A stretch of DNA of 64,000 bases from a virus (taxonomy: Duplodnaviria; Caudoviricetes), in IMG/VR virus record IMGVR_UViG_3300035673_000002, positions 1-64,000 of that record. One strand, written 5' to 3'. Position numbers and translations under genes: made by a program. The first letter of the stretch is position 1; the number at the start of each line of letters is the position of its first letter. The notes beneath the pieces are model-generated. The model saw only the letters and a list, made by a program, of their open reading frames with translations. It made no database searches and was not told the origin of the DNA. This document shows, in pieces, positions 43,932 through 52,835 of this stretch.

Positions 43932-44197
43932 GGTGTGCTCCTGGGCGCGACGCTGAAGGTGCCGATCCAGCGCGCGTTGCGCTGGAGCACTCGTTGGCGC
44001 GCGGTGGGGTCGAGTCGGTGGATGTCGAACAGGGCGATCGTGCGGGCGCGGTTCGCGTAGGCCGGTACCGCGAGGGCTCGGCGTGCCATGCTGCGGCCGC
44101 TCTCGTAGGCCTCGCGCACCGAGGCGCATTTGCGCGCCTCGACGATCGCGTACCTGCCGGGTTCGACCAGGGCGATGACGGTGGCCATATAGTTCAT
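43928..44197 (-). CDS. Hypothetical protein
   Basis: GGGAG RBS; ATGA coupling. Confidence 0.55.
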   Translation of the reverse strand: MNYMATVIALVEPGRYAIVEARKCASVREAYESGRSMARRALAVPAYANRARTIALFDIHRLDPTARQRVLQRNARWIGTFSVAPRSTP

Positions 44198-44391
44198 CGG
44201 ACCATCTCCCGCCTGTCCGCAATCACCAGCTGCTGAGTCCGCGCCCAGGCAAGCGTCTTCTCGCCATCGCGGCCGTTCGCCAGTCCCATCGAGAGATCCG
44301 TGACGCCGGCGGGCCCGATGCGCTTGAGCGCGTGCCAGACGTCCCCGGTCACGGGGTCGCGCCAAAAGTCGGCGTGGGTGTAGAAGCTCAT
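44194..44391 (-). CDS. Small hypothetical protein; first gene of the leftward early unit
   Basis: CGACAAGCC box plus GGAG RBS before ATG at 44391. Confidence 0.6.
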   Translation of the reverse strand: MSFYTHADFWRDPVTGDVWHALKRIGPAGVTDLSMGLANGRDGEKTLAWARTQQLVIADRREMVR

Positions 44392-44526
44392 GATTGCGCT
44401 CCGGCTTGTCGAAACGGGCTCTTGTGCCCGCGGGACCGACATTGCCGGGGGCGTGGTCGGAAGGCAACGAAATAGTGACGCGCCTATCGCCTTTGAAAAC
44501 TCAATGAGATCGGTGTGACTTTTATG

Positions 44527-46878
44527 TCACCGGTAGGGCTCGCGGTCCATGATTATGTCCTCGATGTCCTGGGGGCGCTCGCCGGCGGCAAGCAGCGGCG
44601 TTGGGTCTGCTTTCGGCTTGGGCGGATCTTCGTCGACCATGAAAACCTTGCGGGTAGTGCGCCATACCCACTCCCGGTGCTTTCCGATTAGGTTAACCCT
44701 GCCTGGACCATCACCGGCCCAGCCTCGGCTGGCGCGGTAGATGCGCGCCTTGATCCGGCCGCGCAGCGCGTCGGTTATTTCCTCGTGGCCCATCTGGAGT
44801 TCGATCAGCTGGTCCTGCCATTCGCCAACCGTGACGCATTGGGCGCCGGCTGGCGCCTCGATCCCGCCTGGTGCTGATCGTCCGTGTCGGTTGAGCGCCT
44901 TCACCAGGCTGCGGAAGACATCTTCGTTGGCTGGGTTCAGCTGGAGGTAGTTGAACGGCACCTGCCTGATGCCGCCTCCGCCGGCGATCGCGGCCGCCGC
45001 GGTGGTCGTGGGCGCCACGATGCACGATGTGAGCTCGTCGCCGTCCTGGTCGATGCCGAGCACGACTTGCTTGAGCACGAAGGTGCGCGAGAGACGGTCC
45101 GGCGCGTCCTTCTGCTTAGTCACGATCAACTCGCGGATGTCGCGATTGACGTAATGGTCGCCGACCTGCTCCCGCTCGGTGCGGCCTTCGTGGCGGATGA
45201 CACAGATGGCGTTGTCGACGTTGCCCATCTTGCCGGACCATCCTCGGGGGCTGCCGCCGTCCTTGGGGGTGTGGTCGACGAGCGCGACGTGCGCGCCAGT
45301 CTCGACGCTGATCCGCCGGCAGCGGTTGAGCACGGGCCCGATGTCCTTGCCGGAGTTTTCGTCGGCGCCTGGGGTGGCGGCGTTGAGCGTGTCGATCACC
45401 ACGAGCTCGAGCGGGATATCGTAGAATTGCTTCCAGGCCTTGATCTCGGCGATCAGTTTGCCGACGTCGGCGTCGCCGGTAAAAATATCAACGCGGCACG
45501 GCAGCATAACGAAGGGCACATTGTCGGTCGGGGAAATGTGGTTGTGCTTGCGATACGCGCGCATGCGCTGGCGCAGCCCGAGGCCGCCTTCGCCGGCCTG
45601 GTAGATCACGAGCCCGGGCCTGGTGCGCTGGCCCATCCAGTGTTTGCCGAGCGCGATCGCGAAGGCCGCGTCGGTCATCAGGAAGCTCTTGCCCGATCCC
45701 CACTGGCCGTACCAGATCGAGACTTCTCCGCGGGTGAGCACGCCCTTGATGAGCCACTCGAGCTCGGGCGCCTCGCGCTCGAGGTCGATGAAGCGCACCG
45801 CGTGAAATTGGGAGATCGGGGGCTCGGCCGCCCAATCGGTGAGTTTGTCGAGGATGACAAGCAGTTGCTCGGTCGTGCCGCCGGCGTTGCGCCAATCGGT
45901 GATGTCGCCTTTGTCCGGGCAGGCATGCCAGTGCTCGGTCAAATCGAGCAGGCGTACGCGGCGGGCAAATTTTTTGATTGCGTGCGCCTTCTCGTGCGCG
46001 AATTTGCGGCCTGGCGCGTCGTTATCCATGGGGATGACGACGTCGGCGTTGCCAAAATAGTCTGCGAAGTGGTTCTGCCAGCCGTTCGTGCCGCCCATGC
46101 TGGTGGTCGCGACGAAGCCCATGGCGGCGAGCGTGTCGGCATCCTTCTCGCCCTCGGGCACGAAGATCACCTGTTGGTCGGCCGCGTCCTGGGCGACTTC
46201 CTCGAGCAACTCGGGCAGGCGGTAAAGGATCGGAGCGGTGGCCTCGAACACGCGGGGCTCGGCGTTCTTCCAGTCCTTGCCATAGTAAAAATCGCCGTTC
46301 TTGCCGCGGAGATACGTGCCTTCCTTCATGCCCCAGGCGTAGACGCCGGGTTCGTCGGTCAACTCGCGCCGCGGCGTCGCGGCCTTGCGCGGCCGACCTT
46401 CGTCGGCCCATTCGAAGCGCGCCACCTGGTAAATCTCGGCGCCGTCGGCGTCGCGATACGGATAGATCGCGACCGGCTCGCCCCACGATGCTGCCTGCGC
46501 GCGCCGTGCTGGTTCGGCGCCGTAGTCGGATGGGTCCGGCGGCGGCGGTTCCTCGCGGCTCCTGGGCGCCGCGTGGCCGTTCGCGGATCGCTGATCGCGC
46601 GGGAGCGGCAGGCCTGCGTCCTTAGCCAGGCTGCGCACCGCCTCGTCGAACGTGCAGCCGGTCGCCGCCATCTCCCAGGTGATGACGTCGCCGCCCTCGT
46701 GGCCGCGGCCGAAGTCGTACCAGAGATTTGTTCGGGCGTTGCAGGTCAGCGAGGGATCGTCGATCGCCTGGTATTCGCTGCCGCTCTTTTTGCGCATCTT
46801 GTGGCGGCGGGAGATCGCCGTCAGGATCGGGTTCGCCGTCTTGACGTCCTCAATGAATTGTTTGGGAAAGCCCGGCAT
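44527..46878 (-). CDS. DNA primase (TOPRIM) - SF4/RepA-like helicase fusion
   Basis: VPEGEKDAD and DND..G (TOPRIM); Walker A GQWGSGKS; VVIDT, H..K...RG..motifs. Confidence 0.9.
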   Translation of the reverse strand: MPGFPKQFIEDVKTANPILTAISRRHKMRKKSGSEYQAIDDPSLTCNARTNLWYDFGRGHEGGDVITWEMAATGCTFDEAVRSLAKDAGLPLPRDQRSANGHAAPRSREEPPPPDPSDYGAEPARRAQAASWGEPVAIYPYRDADGAEIYQVARFEWADEGRPRKAATPRRELTDEPGVYAWGMKEGTYLRGKNGDFYYGKDWKNAEPRVFEATAPILYRLPELLEEVAQDAADQQVIFVPEGEKDADTLAAMGFVATTSMGGTNGWQNHFADYFGNADVVIPMDNDAPGRKFAHEKAHAIKKFARRVRLLDLTEHWHACPDKGDITDWRNAGGTTEQLLVILDKLTDWAAEPPISQFHAVRFIDLEREAPELEWLIKGVLTRGEVSIWYGQWGSGKSFLMTDAAFAIALGKHWMGQRTRPGLVIYQAGEGGLGLRQRMRAYRKHNHISPTDNVPFVMLPCRVDIFTGDADVGKLIAEIKAWKQFYDIPLELVVIDTLNAATPGADENSGKDIGPVLNRCRRISVETGAHVALVDHTPKDGGSPRGWSGKMGNVDNAICVIRHEGRTEREQVGDHYVNRDIRELIVTKQKDAPDRLSRTFVLKQVVLGIDQDGDELTSCIVAPTTTAAAAIAGGGGIRQVPFNYLQLNPANEDVFRSLVKALNRHGRSAPGGIEAPAGAQCVTVGEWQDQLIELQMGHEEITDALRGRIKARIYRASRGWAGDGPGRVNLIGKHREWVWRTTRKVFMVDEDPPKPKADPTPLLAAGERPQDIEDIIMDREPYR

Positions 46879-47726
46879 CAGGCTTCCGCCTGGTCGAGCA
46901 GCGGCAGCTGACCGGGCCCGGCCTCGGCCGTGCGTCCCCAGCGCCGGCGATCGTCAGCGCGCTCGAGCCGGGTCCTGCATCCCGGCGGTATCCAGAACGG
47001 CGGCAGCGGTGGTCGGCCGCGCTCCCAAACGAACCACGAGTAGGACGTAGCGGTCTTGGCGTCGGGATCCCATCGTCCCGCGACCATCGGCAGGCGCTCG
47101 ACGAAATGCGCGATGAGTGTCGGTGGGCGGTGGCGGAAAAGTTTGTTGTAGCGTTCCTCGCCCTCTACCCATTGCGTGCGCAGCAGGAGCGCGGCGCCGA
47201 CCTGGGAGCGGGTCACGGCGCGAAGCGCAATCTCGAGCGCGGTCGTGAACGGCGGGTTTGTGATCGTCCAATCCGGCGGCTCGCCGAGCGGCGCGAGCGG
47301 ATGCAGATAATCGATGCCGGACGTGCCGTAGCCATAGTCGAGGATGTCGCTCGCTCTCACCGGGCAGCCCGTGAATTCCTCGAGCACGCCGGCCATGTGC
47401 CCTTCGCCGCAGCAGGGTTCCTCGATCGTCTCGCCGGCGAGATCGATATCGAGGCGCGGCAGGACGTGATGCACGAGCGCGCGCGTGCCCCATGGCGGCG
47501 TGGCATAGAAGTCTGCGGCCTCCTTTGCCGATTTGCGGCGCGCGACCACTGCCGGGTTGTCCTGTTGCGGGGTGGCGGCGATCGCTGCGCGTGCGGCCGC
47601 GACGCACATCGCCTTGCGCTCTGGCGTGACTTCGCGCCATCCGGTCTGCGCGGATGTGCTGAACGGGAGCGCGGCCTCGATCGCGAGCGCGATCGCGTTC
47701 TCCCGCTTGGTCACGCCTCGGAGCAT
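46878..47726 (-). CDS. DNA N6-adenine methyltransferase
   Basis: DFYATPPW, EPCCGEGHM (SAM-binding), ITNPPF (catalytic); ATG at 47726. Confidence 0.88.
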   Translation of the reverse strand: MLRGVTKRENAIALAIEAALPFSTSAQTGWREVTPERKAMCVAAARAAIAATPQQDNPAVVARRKSAKEAADFYATPPWGTRALVHHVLPRLDIDLAGETIEEPCCGEGHMAGVLEEFTGCPVRASDILDYGYGTSGIDYLHPLAPLGEPPDWTITNPPFTTALEIALRAVTRSQVGAALLLRTQWVEGEERYNKLFRHRPPTLIAHFVERLPMVAGRWDPDAKTATSYSWFVWERGRPPLPPFWIPPGCRTRLERADDRRRWGRTAEAGPGQLPLLDQAEA

Positions 47727-48106
47727 GTCGTTGCCTTTGCCGCTCGCCGGTGCCGGGTGCGCCATCCTTTTTTGGTGCGCTCGCTCGCGCCTGGTCGGCG
47801 GCAGTGCGCGGCGGCGCTGGCCTTCATGTCCGGGCGCTGCATGCGGTCGGTCATAACCGCGCTGGCGATCGCGCGGGCGTCCGGACGCCGGCGAGACTTG
47901 GTGACAGATCGGATGTTCCGGGCCTTTAGCTTTTCGTCGAGCAACATGCGGACATTGAGCGCCCTCATTCGGCCGCTGCGGCGCTCGCGCTCGGCGTCGG
48001 CAATGGTAGGCGACTTGCGGTTGGCAAACTCGCCGCCCTTCCAGCGCCGGCGCATGCGGCGGCTGTGCTCCGCGCGACGTTCTTCCGTCCAGGGTTTGCC
48101 GGCCAT
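47711..48106 (-). CDS. Basic helical protein with NUMOD3-like DNA-binding repeats
   Basis: PWTEERRAEHSRRM, ERERRSGRM repeats. Confidence 0.55.
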   Translation of the reverse strand: MAGKPWTEERRAEHSRRMRRRWKGGEFANRKSPTIADAERERRSGRMRALNVRMLLDEKLKARNIRSVTKSRRRPDARAIASAVMTDRMQRPDMKASAAAHCRRPGASERTKKGWRTRHRRAAKATTCSEA

Positions 48107-48118
48107 GGGCGACGCGCC

Positions 48119-48940
48119 TCAATGCTGGAGAAAGGCGACGCGCTTCGTGGTCGACCAACACGCGCCGCATGTGCTGCAGCTTTCGGTGCGCTCGGTTTGC
48201 TCTGGGCAAATGAAGGCATCGGCCGGCAGCTGGATCGGATGCTCGATCGTGACCGTGGTCGGCAGGTGCCCGAGTGGTGCGTTGGAAAACCGGAGCGCGA
48301 AGCGGTCCCAATGCTGGGCGACGAGCGCCTGCAGGGCGCGGCCGATATCGTCGTCCCATCTTGCCGTGTAACCAAACACGCGCAGCGGCGGCAGCGTCTC
48401 GATCATCGCGCGCCAGATGTTCACGTACCGGACGCTGTAGAAATCGCCCAGCTGGTGGAGCCGAACCACAAAGCCCCTGGGATTGGCCCGGGCGATGTCG
48501 ACGACTTCGCTCACCAGCGCGAGCTCGAATTCGGTTCCGTGCGCGAAGCGCTGTGCCCACTGCATGTGGTTGCCAGTGCACGATCGCCAGTGACGGCACG
48601 ACGTCGGGCATGTCGCGCGTTCCTCGAGCGTGAGCGTGTGGACCGGCATGCCGCGCCAGTGTCCCTTGAGGATGCGCGCGCCGATCTTGCGTGAGTTAAA
48701 TCCGCTCTTAAGCAGGCGCGCTCCCTCGAGGTCGCGCACGATCGTGTTCGGGTAGAGCGTGTGTCCGGTGGCGACGGCGGCGTTGCTGAGCTTGGGGAGG
48801 CGCGCGATGTTCTCATCGATCGGATGCGATTTAAACCGTGCGGTGGTCTTGCGGCCCCTACGTCCATCCTGCTCGCCGGTGACCAGCCGGCGCACCGTGC
48901 CATAGACGCAGGCGATGTTGCGCGCGTGGAGTTCGTCCAT
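48119..48940 (-). CDS. GP88-like Fe-S protein (radical-SAM-related)
   Basis: N.KIG, TCPTSCRHWRSC, RLHQLGDFYS, FGYT, C-terminal CPEQ...CSTCGACW; start uncertain. Confidence 0.75.
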   Translation of the reverse strand: MDELHARNIACVYGTVRRLVTGEQDGRRGRKTTARFKSHPIDENIARLPKLSNAAVATGHTLYPNTIVRDLEGARLLKSGFNSRKIGARILKGHWRGMPVHTLTLEERATCPTSCRHWRSCTGNHMQWAQRFAHGTEFELALVSEVVDIARANPRGFVVRLHQLGDFYSVRYVNIWRAMIETLPPLRVFGYTARWDDDIGRALQALVAQHWDRFALRFSNAPLGHLPTTVTIEHPIQLPADAFICPEQTERTESCSTCGACWSTTKRVAFLQH

Positions 48941-48966
48941 CGTGCGCTGGACGGCACCGTGCGGCC

Positions 48967-49326
48967 TTATGCGGTGCTCTCGCTCATAGATAGCTCGGAC
49001 AAGGGCTCGGTCGATCGCCGATCCCGGGCCTCGGCGCCGCGCTCGCGCTGGTAGCTTGCGTTGTGCCTGGCTGCCGTGACGATCTTCAAGAACTCCAACT
49101 CGTGTTGCATCAGCAGGTCGAGTGTCTTCGCCATTCGTTGGAACACCAGGCGCCTGCGCATCATCGAGGGATCCATGTCCTGGCCCTCGGAATGCAAAAC
49201 TCTTTCCCATGTGGTCATCCTCTCGGCTTCGGTTTCGGCGTAGTGGACCATTTCCCACAGTCCCACCTTGAGCGGTGCTTTTGGCTTGCCGGCGTCGGCT
49301 GCGGCAGCGGTAGGCTCGTCATTCAT
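48967..49326 (-). CDS. Hypothetical helical protein
   Basis: ATGA coupling. Confidence 0.6.
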   Translation of the reverse strand: MNDEPTAAAADAGKPKAPLKVGLWEMVHYAETEAERMTTWERVLHSEGQDMDPSMMRRRLVFQRMAKTLDLLMQHELEFLKIVTAARHNASYQRERGAEARDRRSTEPLSELSMSESTA

Positions 49327-49556
49327 TGCGGTGGCGTCCCCTTTGTGGCGGCAAGGGCCGCGCGGCCGGCGTCGGTGATGGATAGAAAATCGCCGTCGAT
49401 CTCGACTAGCGGCGGCTCCATCATCCCAAGGTCGATTGCGCGCTGCCGATATGGTTCGCTGATCTTCCTAATGTCGATTTGATTGATGCGGCCCGTAAGC
49501 ATGTCGACACGCGGTTCAGCGATATGGCGCAGGACAATGATTTGGGCCTCGGTCAC
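49323..49556 (-). CDS. Small winged-helix-like protein
   Basis: MTEAQ..VLR.I...LVE.....ITDAGRAAL. Confidence 0.6.
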   Translation of the reverse strand: MTEAQIIVLRHIAEPRVDMLTGRINQIDIRKISEPYRQRAIDLGMMEPPLVEIDGDFLSITDAGRAALAATKGTPPQ

Positions 49557-49750
49557 GCTTTGTCCCCCTGCGTGGCGGCAACGGCCACTTCAAATCGTTG
49601 CAGCCAATCGTCGAGGAAGCGCTCGTGTCGAGCCAGCGACTCGTCAATGGACGAGGCGGCGCGCTGCATCCGATCAGCAGCGTCGGACATTCTGCCGGCG
49701 GCGTTCTGCACCTGCTCGGCACCAAGCAGCGTCATGTATCGGTCGCTCAT
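49553..49750 (-). CDS. Small coiled-coil protein
   Basis: GAEQVQNAAGRMSDAADRMQRAA; coupled. Confidence 0.65.
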   Translation of the reverse strand: MSDRYMTLLGAEQVQNAAGRMSDAADRMQRAASSIDESLARHERFLDDWLQRFEVAVAATQGDKA

Positions 49751-49998
49751 GGCTTGTTGGTCCCCTGCGTGGCGGAGACCGCTGCTTCGTAGATTGCCGA
49801 GCCACAAGAGGGACATTTCCGCTTTTTCAAAGGTCGGGACGCCCTGCGCACTGCCAGTTGCTCGGCCTTCTGGTCGCGCTCAAGTTGGGTCAGTCCCCGC
49901 TCGCGGAATAAGGCGCACTCCTCGTCATAACGGGCCGGGAGAGCCTTCGCTTTCCGCAGGCGGTTGATGTCTCGATCAATCTCAGCAATCGTGCGCAT
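49747..49998 (-). CDS. Small protein with CPSC knuckle
   Basis: TGATG coupling. Confidence 0.55.
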   Translation of the reverse strand: MRTIAEIDRDINRLRKAKALPARYDEECALFRERGLTQLERDQKAEQLAVRRASRPLKKRKCPSCGSAIYEAAVSATQGTNKP

Positions 49999-50165
49999 CA
50001 CGGTGTATCCCCAGAAGCGCGGCGCAACCAATAGCCGGACTTAGGCCACACGATTTCGAGTGGCCCAATGCCAACCGCCGTCAAAGTTTCATATCGACGA
50101 ACGACCAATACTAAAATTGGCCAATGCCATGCCATGAACAGCTTACGATGATCTACCAGCACCAT
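49998..50165 (-). CDS. 55-aa hydrophobic peptide
   Basis: Not in ORF track; GAGG RBS; MVLVDHRKLFMAWHWPILVLVVRR...; stop overlaps the next ATG. Confidence 0.5.
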   Translation of the reverse strand: MVLVDHRKLFMAWHWPILVLVVRRYETLTAVGIGPLEIVWPKSGYWLRRASGDTP

Positions 50166-50204
50166 GGATTCATCCTCGGTCTGCGGTCTTGACTGTCGAC
50201 GCCC

Positions 50205-50765
50205 TCATGCCGTGCCCCGAAAAAGCGGCGTCTGCATCACCGCTAGCCTTGGGTTCTGCAGGTTGCACGCGTATTGCCAGATCACCCAGCTATCGGCCTC
50301 GTTGTCGCTCTCCGCGGGCACGCGGTGGATCTTGGTTACCTCGCGGACGACTCGCGCTTTCGTGGCCTCGTCCGTCTCGCCGCGGTTGGTGCGCCAGCCG
50401 AGCACGCTCGAGCGCGCGTCCTGCACGCTCGCGGACTCGCATTGCTTTCCGTGGGCGAAGCAGCGTTCCTCGAGCACGCCGATCGCGCCGCGGGCGAAGG
50501 CAACGTTGGCCTCTGACATGATCGGGCCCTTCTTGGCCGATGGCTTGTGCACGAGCATGCCGATCGGCATCGGCGCCTCGTACACGACGGCATCGCATTC
50601 GCACTTCGCAAAGTATCGATCGAGAAAACCGTGGAGCGAATGGAGCCTGGCCGGCCGCGTGTCTCCGCCGTCGGCCAGGTACCACGAGAACAGCCTTGGC
50701 TTGCCGCCAACGGGCCCGTCGCAGACTCCGGTGGCCGTCGCGAGATCGAAGGCGGCGATGATCAT
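50205..50765 (-). CDS. RuvC-like Holliday junction resolvase
   Basis: IAAFDLATATG, VVYEAP, DNEADS acidic catalytic motifs. Confidence 0.8.
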   Translation of the reverse strand: MIIAAFDLATATGVCDGPVGGKPRLFSWYLADGGDTRPARLHSLHGFLDRYFAKCECDAVVYEAPMPIGMLVHKPSAKKGPIMSEANVAFARGAIGVLEERCFAHGKQCESASVQDARSSVLGWRTNRGETDEATKARVVREVTKIHRVPAESDNEADSWVIWQYACNLQNPRLAVMQTPLFRGTA

Positions 50766-52423
50766 CAGTCCCACCTGTCGATGCGATATTCGCACCATGC
50801 GCCGGCGACGAGCGCGCGCAGGCTGCAGGTGGCCGCTCGGCCCTTGCGGAGATCGTATCCGCATGCGCTCGCCGTCTCTCGGCCGGCAAGCTGTGCGGCC
50901 TTCGAGTAGGCTTCGATGGTCGCGCGCACGCCGTGCATCTCTGCGCGCAGGCACTCGGGAAAGAGCGCGTTGCCGGTATCGGTTCGTCCGTCGACGGCGC
51001 CCTCGATCACGAGCGTAATGCCGTCGTCGAGAAACGGCATCGGCCGCGAGCCCCACATGTTGGGCATGGGCGCGATCGCGGTGATCGGCGTCCAGTTGCC
51101 CGGAATGAGCGACCACTGAGCGGCGGGGCTGCCGTTCGGATAGACGTACCATGCGACCGGGTTTCGTTCCTCCTGGTGGTCCCACTTGAGGATCGGCGGC
51201 GCCGTCGGGTGGACCGCGGTCGTGAGCGCGATGAAATTGCCGCGGCCTGGCACCTGGATCGACATCTTCTCGGCGCTCGGCAGGATGGTCCGGGCGAATT
51301 TTTCCCAGGTCATGACGACGGGCGGGAGATCGACTTCGCGCACGAAGTCGCGCGAGCTTCCTTTCGGCCTGATGTGTCCGAAGACGCCGCCGGCGGCCGA
51401 GGTGTCCTCGCGCTCCGGCGCCGGGCGCCAGATGGTCTGGAGTTCCTCGAGCCGGGCGAAGCGTCGCTCGAGCGACGGTGCGATACCGAGCGTCTCCACG
51501 ATCTTTTCCGCCTGGGCGATGTTGGCGGCGCTCGGCGCCGCCTGCGGACGCTGATAGCGCAGCGGCTGCACCATCGCGTCGAAGCGCCGCTTGATCGTTT
51601 CGAACGGCAGGGTGCCTTGAGCGATGTCGTTGAGCAGCGGTCCCACGACTGAAGCGCGCGGGTGGCAGTAGCCCTCGGGCGCCATGGCGATCGCGCGCCA
51701 CAGCTGGTTCTCGCCCGATCGTCCCTTGTGCCGATCGTGAAGCGCGCGGAGCCACTTCACCGGACCGACGAACTTTTCGCTGCGGTCGAGCGCATAGGCC
51801 TCGAATAACCGGATGGCCTGGTCCAGCATCGGCGCGGTGAACTCGGCAAGCGCGCGCGCGACGGTGCCGAAGTTTTCCCTCGACGCCGCCATGGCCTGAT
51901 CCGGCGTGAGCAAAGCGCCGGCGTAGATCATCTCTTTGGCGGGATAGACCGCAATGTGCGACCAGATTTCTGACGGCGGCCGCATCGTCTTCGGGATGCC
52001 CCAGGTGGTTGCCGCCGAGTGGAACACCGAGACGATGCGCGCCCTCTGCACGCGGTCGCACATTGCCTGGAAGCTCGGCCGGTAGAACTCCGGCGCCCAG
52101 GCGGGTTGCCACATAACCGAGATCGCGGAGCCGTCCTCGTCGAGCCTGACGAGACCGCCATACGTTTCGATGAAGCGCCTGCAGGCGTGACACTTGTGCA
52201 CCTGCCGCTCGGCCGGCAGGCCGTCGAGATAGGTGTCGTTCAAGTTCAGCACGTCGGTGAGAAACAGGTGGGGCGCCCGCGCGTTGGCGTAGAACGCTTG
52301 TTGCACGCTGGCGAGCAGGGCGGTGTAATCGTGCTCGTGGTCGTGCCTGCTCTTGATTCTCGATCGGCTGGACGTCACTGCCGGCTTTGCGGTTTTCCGG
52401 CGTCGGTTCGGGTGGTTGATCAT
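50765..52423 (-). CDS. Large conserved hypothetical protein
   Basis: 552 aa, strongly coding; HKCHACRRFI, YQRPQA.PS..N, LFPE.L...H.VR.TIEAYS, Y.IDRWD. Confidence 0.85.
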   Translation of the reverse strand: MINHPNRRRKTAKPAVTSSRSRIKSRHDHEHDYTALLASVQQAFYANARAPHLFLTDVLNLNDTYLDGLPAERQVHKCHACRRFIETYGGLVRLDEDGSAISVMWQPAWAPEFYRPSFQAMCDRVQRARIVSVFHSAATTWGIPKTMRPPSEIWSHIAVYPAKEMIYAGALLTPDQAMAASRENFGTVARALAEFTAPMLDQAIRLFEAYALDRSEKFVGPVKWLRALHDRHKGRSGENQLWRAIAMAPEGYCHPRASVVGPLLNDIAQGTLPFETIKRRFDAMVQPLRYQRPQAAPSAANIAQAEKIVETLGIAPSLERRFARLEELQTIWRPAPEREDTSAAGGVFGHIRPKGSSRDFVREVDLPPVVMTWEKFARTILPSAEKMSIQVPGRGNFIALTTAVHPTAPPILKWDHQEERNPVAWYVYPNGSPAAQWSLIPGNWTPITAIAPMPNMWGSRPMPFLDDGITLVIEGAVDGRTDTGNALFPECLRAEMHGVRATIEAYSKAAQLAGRETASACGYDLRKGRAATCSLRALVAGAWCEYRIDRWD

Positions 52424-52466
52424 CGGACTTCTCCGCCCCTGAAATCCCCGAGGCGCGGGAACGCGT

Positions 52467-52835
52467 TTACTCGATCGGCTTGACGCCGCAGGCGATGTCG
52501 AGCGCGTGGCCGACCACGCCCATCGGGGCTCCCTTGCTGTCGCGCTTGCAGGCCTGCCGGAGCACCTCCGCCGGCGCTCCGTACTGCAGCGCGATCGATG
52601 CCATGATCGCGGCGTCCGAGACGGCGATGTCGGCTCCGTTGCCGAGCTTGCCGCTCGTGTTGAGAAAAATCTCCGCCGGCTGGCTGTCCGGGAATTCCGA
52701 CCACGTGACGATGTAGGTTGCGGTCGATTGTCCGTGGTCGTGGCGGAACGTGACGGTGGTGCCGTCGCGTCGGTTTTTCAGCGGCCGCCTCGACGTTGAG
52801 GGGGCCGCTGTCTCGGTGTGCCCGACGTCCGTCAT
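52467..52835 (-). CDS. Stand-alone TSCPD / class II RNR C-terminal-like protein
   Basis: RRPL.NRR...F.H...Y.VT...P..EIFL...K.G...D....DAAI.AS.ALQYG. Confidence 0.7.
   Translation of the reverse strand: MTDVGHTETAAPSTSRRPLKNRRDGTTVTFRHDHGQSTATYIVTWSEFPDSQPAEIFLNTSGKLGNGADIAVSDAAIMASIALQYGAPAEVLRQACKRDSKGAPMGVVGHALDIACGVKPIE

Noticed and set aside
47727-48611. 577-aa version of the adenine methyltransferase
   Set aside because: The upstream part overlaps two better ORFs; real start at 47726.
50766-52193. 662-aa version of the RuvC-like gene
   Set aside because: Alternate frame over the 552-aa gene; TGATG coupling fixes the start at 50765.
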